Shown here: positions 24,479-31,288 of the stretch, in pieces
How positions within the stretch are numbered: position 1 is the first letter of the stretch
Layout: every line of letters starts with the position of its first letter
Origin: Actinomycetota bacterium
GTDB taxonomy: Bacteria; Actinomycetota; UBA4738; HRBIN12
NCBI GenBank assembly: GCA_050692375.1
Contig: JBOGVK010000243.1
Coordinates: 1 to 51,051 of the forward strand
Direction of reading: 5' to 3'
Length of the DNA: 51,051 nt
Notes under the pieces: model-generated
The model's database searches: none
The model's input: the letters and a program-made list of their open reading frames with translations, nothing else
What the model was told of the DNA's origin: nothing
Program-made: the position numbers and the translations under genes

Positions 24479-25681
24479 ATGAGCGGTACTGAGAACGAGC
24501 GAGCACCGGTCGCGCCGTACCTCGCGGTGGGCGTTTCCACCGTCGTGCACGGCATCGGTTCTCGCGCCGACATCGCTCGGAACCTCGACATCATCGAGGA
24601 CGCGATCCACGCGGCGATGGGGATCATCTCGATCAACATGCCGGTGAAGCTGATCGCCCTGGCGGAGGGGGCGCTCACCGGCTTCACCGACGAAGCGTTC
24701 GACGTGCCCCACGTGACGGCGGCGAGGGATCTGTTCATCGACATCCCGGGCGAGGAGTCGGATCGCCTGGCCGGCCTCGCACGGATGTACGAAACCTATC
24801 TCGTGGTGCAGTGCAAGGCACGTTGGCCGGAGGTCATGGCGGACCGCTACTTCAACATGCTGTTCGTGATCTCGCCGGCCGGCGACATCGTCCACAAGGC
24901 CGCCAAGAACCACCTGTGGTGCCGCGAACGCTCGTGCACACCACACGACGTCTACGATCGGTGGGTCGAGCTCTTCGGCGACGGTATCGACGCGTTCTTC
25001 CCGGTCCTACGGACGGACGACATCGGCAACCTCGGGACGATCTGTTGCAGCGACGGTGAGTATCCCGAGGCCGTTCGCGCGCTCGCGTTCAACGGTGCCG
25101 AGGTCGTGTATCGACCGAGCGAAGCCGTGCCGATGACGAACACCGGCTATCCGGGCGGCGGCACGTGGATGCTCCAGAACCGCGCGCACGCGCACTTCAA
25201 CAACGTCTACGTGGTGGCGCCGAACGTCGGTCCCGTGTACCTGCATCCGAGGATGGAGCACCCGTTCGACATCGCGGGTGGGCAGTCGCACATCGTGGAC
25301 TACCAGGGGAACGTCGTGTCGTACTCGACATCCGGTACCAACACTTTCGTCTCCGCGATCGTGGACATCGAGGCGCTCCGGCAGTTCCGCGTGATGAACC
25401 TCAACTCGAACTGGATGAAGGACCTGCGCACCGAGGTCTTCCGCCGGATGTACGAGCAGCCCATCCATCCGAAGAACCTTTGGATGTGGCAGGAGCCGAT
25501 CTCACACGAGCACGTCGACGAGCTCTACCGGAGGAACATCAGACGTCTGATCAAGCGCGGCTCCTATACATCGCCCGCCCACGACTTCGAGGGCGCGAAG
25601 TTCTTCCCGATGGATGCGCCGCGGTCGCCGGCCGAGGCCTGGGAGAAGGCGCGCCACCTCTGGGACGAACCGGATGACTGA
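24479..25681 (+). CDS. carbon-nitrogen hydrolase (nitrilase superfamily) amidase-like protein
   Basis: ORF 24386..25681 trimmed to ATG 24479 (TAGGAGG upstream). Candidate Glu-Lys-Cys triad in LAEGAL, AAKNHLW and TICCSDGEYPE. About 400 aa with a C-terminal extension, as in aliphatic amidase/formamidase branches. Confidence 0.8.
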   Translation: MSGTENERAPVAPYLAVGVSTVVHGIGSRADIARNLDIIEDAIHAAMGIISINMPVKLIALAEGALTGFTDEAFDVPHVTAARDLFIDIPGEESDRLAGLARMYETYLVVQCKARWPEVMADRYFNMLFVISPAGDIVHKAAKNHLWCRERSCTPHDVYDRWVELFGDGIDAFFPVLRTDDIGNLGTICCSDGEYPEAVRALAFNGAEVVYRPSEAVPMTNTGYPGGGTWMLQNRAHAHFNNVYVVAPNVGPVYLHPRMEHPFDIAGGQSHIVDYQGNVVSYSTSGTNTFVSAIVDIEALRQFRVMNLNSNWMKDLRTEVFRRMYEQPIHPKNLWMWQEPISHEHVDELYRRNIRRLIKRGSYTSPAHDFEGAKFFPMDAPRSPAEAWEKARHLWDEPDD

Positions 25682-27263
25682 GGGCTACGACGTCGTCGTC
25701 GTCGGCGGCGGGCACAATGGCCTGACGACCGCCGGGTACCTCGCGAAGGCGGGCCAGCGGGTGCTGGTGCTGGAGGCACGCGACGTGGTCGGCGGTGGGT
25801 GCGCTACCAAGGAGGTCGCCGCGCCGGGGTTCCGGCACAACTTCCATTCGAACTTCCACGGGATCATCCACATGGGACCGGTCTATCGCGACTTGGAGCT
25901 CGAACGGTACGGCGCCGAATACGTCTGGCCCGAGAACCAGTTCGGGCACGTGTTCCCGGACGGGCGCGCGTTGGTGTGCTCGCGGGATCTGGAGACGACC
26001 GTCGAGCGGATCGCGCGATTCTCCGCGCGCGACGCCGAGACGTTCCGTCAGCTCGCGCATGCCTATCGCGACGTTCTCGCCGACGGCATGATTCCCGCGA
26101 TGTTCTCGGCGCCGGGACCGCCGAGCGGGGATCTCGTGCCGCTCGAGGCGATGGGAACCGACGGCCTCGGGCTGATCCGCCAGTTCCTCTCCGCGCCCAA
26201 CCACGTCGCGCGTGACCTGTTCCAGTCTCCCGAGGTGCAGACATGGGTCGGGTTCTGGGTGGCGCAGCTCGCCGGCACGGGCGACGTTTTCGGTCTGGGA
26301 GCGAACTATCCGGTCATGGTCGCGGGTTCCATGGAGCCGTGGGGATGGGCGATCTGCAAGGGGGGTTCGATCAAGCTCGCCGAGGCGATGGCGTCGTTCG
26401 TCCGCGATCACGGGGGCGAGGTGCGGGTGGACGCCCCGGTCGCGCGGATCGAGGTCGACGCGGACGGCGCCCGGTCGGTCACGCTCGAGGACGGGGAGGC
26501 GATCCCGGTCGACGGCGTCCTGGTCTCGAACCTGGACCCCAGGCACACGTTCCTCGAGTTGATCGGCGAGGACTCGCTCGACGATACGCTGCGGCACGCC
26601 TGCGAGCGGTGGCGGTACGACGTGATGTCGATGTTCTGCGTCTACCTGGCACTGGACGTGCCCGTGCGATGGAAGGCGGCCGCGTGGGAGCCGGCCGTTG
26701 AGCGATGCTTCGCCGTTTCCGTCTGCGAGTCCCTCGACCTGCTCGACGACAATGCGTCGGATTGCCGGCTCGGCGTGCCGCCGCGCCACCCGGGACTGTT
26801 CACCGTGCATCCGTCGCTCTTCGACCCATCGCTCTGTCCTTCCGGAAAGGAGGCATGCTTCTGTGAGCAGATCGCCCCCTACAACCTTCGCGAGGGCGGC
26901 CCGGACGCCTGGAACGAGATCAAGGACGACTACGCCGTGACCGTCCTCGATCGATGGCGGCCCTATCTGGCGAGCGGGCTCGAGCCTGCCGCGATCGTCG
27001 GCGAGTACATCTCCAGCCCGATCGACATCGAGCGCGTCATGCCCTCGATGAAGCACGGCGACTGGAACCACGGGGAGATGAGCCAAGACCAGCTCGGCGT
27101 CTTCCGGCCGTTCCACGAATACCCGCCCTACCGCACGGGGTTCGCCAACGTCTATCTATGCGGCGCCTCGACGCATCCCGGCGGCTCGATCGGGGGGGCG
27201 TGCGGCTACAACGCCGCCACCGCGATCGCGCACGACCGGGACGTCGAGATGTGGTGGACCTAG
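25674..27263 (+). CDS. phytoene desaturase (CrtI)-like NAD(P)/FAD-dependent oxidoreductase
   Basis: ORF 25614..27263 trimmed to ATG 25674 (8-nt overlap with the upstream stop). YDVVVVGGGHNGLTTAGYLAKAG is the dinucleotide fold, and the C-terminal LCGASTHPGGSIGGACG is typical of the CrtI-like family. Paralog of 41798..43420. Confidence 0.85.
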   Translation: MTEGYDVVVVGGGHNGLTTAGYLAKAGQRVLVLEARDVVGGGCATKEVAAPGFRHNFHSNFHGIIHMGPVYRDLELERYGAEYVWPENQFGHVFPDGRALVCSRDLETTVERIARFSARDAETFRQLAHAYRDVLADGMIPAMFSAPGPPSGDLVPLEAMGTDGLGLIRQFLSAPNHVARDLFQSPEVQTWVGFWVAQLAGTGDVFGLGANYPVMVAGSMEPWGWAICKGGSIKLAEAMASFVRDHGGEVRVDAPVARIEVDADGARSVTLEDGEAIPVDGVLVSNLDPRHTFLELIGEDSLDDTLRHACERWRYDVMSMFCVYLALDVPVRWKAAAWEPAVERCFAVSVCESLDLLDDNASDCRLGVPPRHPGLFTVHPSLFDPSLCPSGKEACFCEQIAPYNLREGGPDAWNEIKDDYAVTVLDRWRPYLASGLEPAAIVGEYISSPIDIERVMPSMKHGDWNHGEMSQDQLGVFRPFHEYPPYRTGFANVYLCGASTHPGGSIGGACGYNAATAIAHDRDVEMWWT

Positions 27264-28765
27264 CCGGCACCTCCATCCGAACGAAGATCGGCCAGCGCAC
27301 GGCTCGCCGACTCGCGGCCGCCCGACGCTGCGTTCAGCACGATGCCGAGCACCAGGATGATGACGGTCACCGGCAGGATCGTGTTCGCCGGCGCCGGCAC
27401 CTTGTAGACGGCGCCGAACAGCGCCCCCGCAGCGACCAGGAACCCGACCACGCCCGCGAGCGCGAGCTTGACGTGATTCTCCTCGAACCACAGGCTCTTC
27501 ATCCCGCCGAGCGCGATGACCGCGTAGACGATCGCAAGCGCGAACCCTCCGAAGCCGGCCAGCCAGCTGAAGAGGGGAAAGTACTCTGGGAACAGCGCGA
27601 CGTCCGGTGGCACACCCGGGATCGCGCGCGTGAGCACACCGTGGCCCAGACGGACCCAGATCGGCATCGCCGCGCAGACCCCGACCGTGAGGAGGATCGA
27701 GGCAAGGGGCGTGCCGTGCTTCTCGGACACCTTGGCGAAGACGCCCGGGATCCTCCGGTCTCGTGCCATGGCGAAGAATCCGCGAGAGGTCGCGACGGCC
27801 GTCCCCAAGCCGACCGCCAGGATGTCGAGGATGACGATGAGCTGCAGCAGCCGGTCGAAGTTGACGGAGCCGAATCCGTCCTTGGAGCCCAGGACGAACA
27901 ACGGGCCGGACGCGATGCTCGCGACCCAGTCACCCGACTTCAGGCCGAACCCGATGTCCTGCGCGTACGCGACGATGACGTAGTAGACGCCGACCACGAT
28001 GATCGCAAGGAAGATCGCCCGCGGGATCGATCTCTTCGGTTCGGCCGTCTCCTCGGCGAGGTTCGCTGCGGTCTCGAACCCGGTGAAGATCAGGATGCCG
28101 TACAGCACTCCGTAGAAGATGCCGGTCCATCCTCCCTCACTCGAGCTCGGGAGGAAGGGCTTGATGCTATTGCTGTTCCCGCCGGCCCCGCCCTTCGCGA
28201 TGACATAGAGGAAGAAGCCGAGCACCACCGTCACGGAGATTGCCACGAGGATCAGCTGCGCCCTCGTCGAGATCTGCACGCCGAAGTACAGCAAGCAGAA
28301 CAGCACGGCGCAGTAGAAGAGGCCGATCACCCAGTAGGGCGGCGTGCCCGACCACCCGATGTCGTCGTGCAGGAGGCCGTACGTGATCCCGCCGATGATC
28401 AATGGGATGGCGGCGGTGAGCCCCATCGTTCCCCAGTAGTACACCCAGCCCGCGTAGAAGCCGACGCGTTCGCCGAATCCGTGGGACGCGTAGTCGTACA
28501 AAGCGCCGGCCGCGTGGATGCGCTTCGCGTAGGTCGCGATCATCCAGCCGATCGCGAAGATGCCGACCGCGGCCAGGATGACCGCAACCGGCGTCGCGAC
28601 GCCCGCGCCTTCCCCGGTCGCGCCGGCGCCCACCATCAGCGGAAGGATCAGAGCGGCCGAGAAGACCGGCCCCATGAACCCGACCGACTGCGCGAGCACA
28701 TCGACCAGCTTGAGCTTGCTGCCGCCCAGCCGCTCGTACGCCACTTCGTTCTTCTGGTCTGCCAC
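27260..28765 (-). CDS. APC superfamily amino acid / amine permease
   Basis: ORF 27260..28900 trimmed to the GTG at 28765 (VADQKNEVAYERLGG...; GGAGGGAGGGGG upstream). About 12 TM. FTGFETAANLAEE is the APC signature region. Confidence 0.85.
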   Translation of the reverse strand: MADQKNEVAYERLGGSKLKLVDVLAQSVGFMGPVFSAALILPLMVGAGATGEGAGVATPVAVILAAVGIFAIGWMIATYAKRIHAAGALYDYASHGFGERVGFYAGWVYYWGTMGLTAAIPLIIGGITYGLLHDDIGWSGTPPYWVIGLFYCAVLFCLLYFGVQISTRAQLILVAISVTVVLGFFLYVIAKGGAGGNSNSIKPFLPSSSEGGWTGIFYGVLYGILIFTGFETAANLAEETAEPKRSIPRAIFLAIIVVGVYYVIVAYAQDIGFGLKSGDWVASIASGPLFVLGSKDGFGSVNFDRLLQLIVILDILAVGLGTAVATSRGFFAMARDRRIPGVFAKVSEKHGTPLASILLTVGVCAAMPIWVRLGHGVLTRAIPGVPPDVALFPEYFPLFSWLAGFGGFALAIVYAVIALGGMKSLWFEENHVKLALAGVVGFLVAAGALFGAVYKVPAPANTILPVTVIILVLGIVLNAASGGRESASRALADLRSDGGAG

Positions 28766-28802
28766 CTGGCGTCCCCCTCCCTCCGGCGCGAGATGCGCCT
28801 GT

Positions 28803-29693
28803 CTAGCTCGTCGAACCCGTCCAGCCGTCGGCCGGACGCTCGAACCACACGTGCACCTGTCCCGTTCCCACCGATGCCTCGTACTCGCTGAAGAGCTCAC
28901 CCGGCGCTTGGCAGCGGGCGCCGCCGATCGCCCCGGCCATGATCAGATAGTGCCCGAAGTGCCCTTCCGGCGCGGCGCGCTTGTACTCCGGCATCCCGTT
29001 GATCACTCCTTGGTGATCGCCGGCGTGCAGCATCCGGATAACGTGCTGGTCCGCCTCGTACGACTCGAGGCTCAGGATGTTCTGCGGTGCCGCGGAGCTC
29101 TCGTGGTGCCGGAGCTCCTGGAGCGGGAAGAACCGGTGCGTCATCCCACCCGAGGCGAGGATCACGACACGCCGATCGATCTCGGCGATGGCCTTGCCCA
29201 GGAGCTCGCCGAGCAGCAGGAAGTCCTCGGTCTGGCCGCATTGATTGATGGCAACGCTCACCCAGCGCTCGCCCTTTCCCAGGTGCGTCCAGATGTTGAT
29301 GGTGCCGTAGAAGACCGGGAGGTACGGATCGTCACACGCGAGGATCCACGTATCGTCGCGGCCGTCCGCCTGCTTCTGCAGCGCGGACGCGAGCTCGGGA
29401 TCCCCGGGCATGTCGTAGGGGATCTGGCTCATCCCCCGCGGCAGCTCATGACTCGTGAACCTCCCTTCGCGACGTTCGTGCGAGGTGATGATGTGCTCGA
29501 ACGTGGACTCCCAATGCGTGTCCAAGATCACGACCGTGTCGGGCTGCAGACGGTCCAGCACCTCGGCGCGCAGACGCCGAAGGCCGGGAACGAGCGTGAT
29601 CTCCTTCCCATCGTTGATCTCCAGCCGCACCTCCTCGGGCAACATGATGGTCGGAACGTGCGCCACGATCCCGGCGCCGACGATCTCACCCAT
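28803..29693 (-). CDS. hpaD: class III (LigB-type) extradiol dioxygenase, homoprotocatechuate 2,3-dioxygenase (HpaD/HpcB)-like
   Basis: Colinear with E. coli HpaD as I recall it: AHVPTIML vs THVPSMYL, LDTHW vs FDTHW, LASGGMTHRF vs LASGSLSHRF, SVGTGQVHVWF vs SSGTGQVNAVF. Confidence 0.8.
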   Translation of the reverse strand: MGEIVGAGIVAHVPTIMLPEEVRLEINDGKEITLVPGLRRLRAEVLDRLQPDTVVILDTHWESTFEHIITSHERREGRFTSHELPRGMSQIPYDMPGDPELASALQKQADGRDDTWILACDDPYLPVFYGTINIWTHLGKGERWVSVAINQCGQTEDFLLLGELLGKAIAEIDRRVVILASGGMTHRFFPLQELRHHESSAAPQNILSLESYEADQHVIRMLHAGDHQGVINGMPEYKRAAPEGHFGHYLIMAGAIGGARCQAPGELFSEYEASVGTGQVHVWFERPADGWTGSTS

Positions 29694-29699
29694 GTGCGA

Positions 29700-31169
29700 T
29701 CAGCTCCCTTCGTTCCACGGTGCGGTGCAGACGTTCTTCACGTCCGCGTAGAAGTCGAAGCTCCAGACCCCGCCCTCACGGCCGATGCCGGAGTTCCGCG
29801 ACCCGCCGAAGGGCGCGTTCAGGTCGCGAACGAAGAAGCAGTTCACCCACACGGTTCCGGCCACTAGACGAGCGCTCACTCGCTCTGCTCGATCCCGATC
29901 ACCCGTGTACAGGATCGCCGCCAAGCCGAAGTCGGTCCCGTTGGCGAGCGCGACGGCCTCGTCCTCGTCGGCGAACGGTTGCGCGGTGAGGACGGGTCCG
30001 AAGACCTCGTGCGTGAGGATCTCCGATCCGGTGGGCGCATCGACGAAGAGCGTCGGGCGGTAGTACAGCCCTCGCAGGACTTCGTTCGCGCCACCACCGA
30101 AGAGTGCCTTCGCCCCGTCGGCCTTCGCGCGCTGCACGAACCCATCGACACGCTCGAAGTGCTCGCGCGAGATCTGCGGACCGATGTCGGTAGTGTCCTC
30201 GCGCGGATCGCCTTGCCGGATCGCCGACGCCGCATCGACGAACCGGTCCAGGAACTCGTCGTAGATCTCCCGCTGGATCAGCAGCCGCGTGCCGGCCAGA
30301 CAGACCTGACCCGCGTTGTCGAACTGCCCCACCGCCTGCTTCACGACCGCGTCGAGATCCGTATCGGCGAACGCGACGAACGGCGACTTGCCGCCGAGCT
30401 CCAATGAGACCGGCGTGAGGTTCGCTCCGGCCGACGCTGCCACCGACTTGCCGGTCGGCACCGATCCTGTGAACGCGACCCGATCGACGTCGGGGTTCGC
30501 CACGAGCACCGCGCCAACCTCTTCGCCGATCCCTTGCACCACGTTGAACGCGCCGTCGGGCAGACCCGCCTCGTGCGCGATGTCCGCGAGCAGGGACGCC
30601 GTGAGAGGCGCCCACTCCGGCGGCTTCAACACCACCGCGTTCCCGGCCGCGAGGGCGGGGGCGATCCGCCACGTCGCGAGCATCAACGGCGCGTTCCACG
30701 GCGTGATCACGACCGCCACTCCCGAGGAGTTCCACGACACGTGTTCCGCGAACCCGTAGAAGTCCACGTCGGGATCTCCGAGCTCCAAGAGCCGATCCGC
30801 GAAGAACCGGAAGTTCCGGGCGACGCGGGGCATCACCGAGTTCCTCATCGAACGCAGGAGCGATCCGTTGTCGCGGGTCTCGACCGCCGCGAGCTCGGGA
30901 ACGTGAGCCTCGACGCCGTCGGCGATCGCATGGAGCACGGCGGCGCGATCCATCGGCGGCATGTCTCCCCAGGTCGGAGATGCCTCCCGCGCGGCCGCGA
31001 CCGCCGCCGCGGCTTCGCTCGGACCGCCACGGGAAACCTGGGCGATCGGCTCCTCGTCGATCGGCGACACGTCGGTGAAGGTTCGCGCAGAAGGAACGCG
31101 GCGTCCACCGATCCAGTGCTCGGTGGAAACGCCGACGCCCTCGATCGTGGCCGTTCCGCTCGTGCTCAT
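29700..31169 (-). CDS. hpaE: NAD-dependent aldehyde dehydrogenase, 5-carboxymethyl-2-hydroxymuconate semialdehyde dehydrogenase (HpaE)-like
   Basis: ORF 29700..31268 trimmed to the ATG at 31169 (GGGAGTGGG upstream). LELGGKSP, FDNAGQVCLAG (catalytic Cys), and the C-terminus VRDLNAPFGGSRNSGIGREGGVWSFDFYADVKNVC, which closely parallels the HpaE C-terminus as I recall it. Confidence 0.8.
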   Translation of the reverse strand: MSTSGTATIEGVGVSTEHWIGGRRVPSARTFTDVSPIDEEPIAQVSRGGPSEAAAAVAAAREASPTWGDMPPMDRAAVLHAIADGVEAHVPELAAVETRDNGSLLRSMRNSVMPRVARNFRFFADRLLELGDPDVDFYGFAEHVSWNSSGVAVVITPWNAPLMLATWRIAPALAAGNAVVLKPPEWAPLTASLLADIAHEAGLPDGAFNVVQGIGEEVGAVLVANPDVDRVAFTGSVPTGKSVAASAGANLTPVSLELGGKSPFVAFADTDLDAVVKQAVGQFDNAGQVCLAGTRLLIQREIYDEFLDRFVDAASAIRQGDPREDTTDIGPQISREHFERVDGFVQRAKADGAKALFGGGANEVLRGLYYRPTLFVDAPTGSEILTHEVFGPVLTAQPFADEDEAVALANGTDFGLAAILYTGDRDRAERVSARLVAGTVWVNCFFVRDLNAPFGGSRNSGIGREGGVWSFDFYADVKNVCTAPWNEGS

Positions 31170-31238
31170 CCCACTCCCTGAGGACGCGCCTACCCGGCGA
31201 GATGGTGCTGAGATTGCCGGCAACTCGTTCGGTAGCGA

Positions 31239-31268
31239 ACGGTATGGGGACGCCCGGCTGCCTGTCAA
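31239..31268 (-). promoter_or_regulatory. candidate sigma-A type promoter for the hpaE-hpaD-permease operon
   Basis: The minus strand reads TTGACA (31268..31263), an 18-nt spacer, then TACCGT (31244..31239; fits TANNNT), about 70 nt upstream of the hpaE ATG. A perfect 16-bp palindrome CGTTCGGTAGCGAACG (31226..31241) overlaps the -10/TSS region. Confidence 0.4.
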
Positions 31269-31288
31269 GCCTCGGACGCGCGACGGGA

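Noticed and set aside
25551-27116. 521-aa minus-strand ORF
   Set aside because: It is antisense to the CrtI-like oxidoreductase and has no recognisable domain.
26954-28891. 645-aa plus-strand ORF
   Set aside because: It is antisense to the APC permease and is charged low-complexity sequence.
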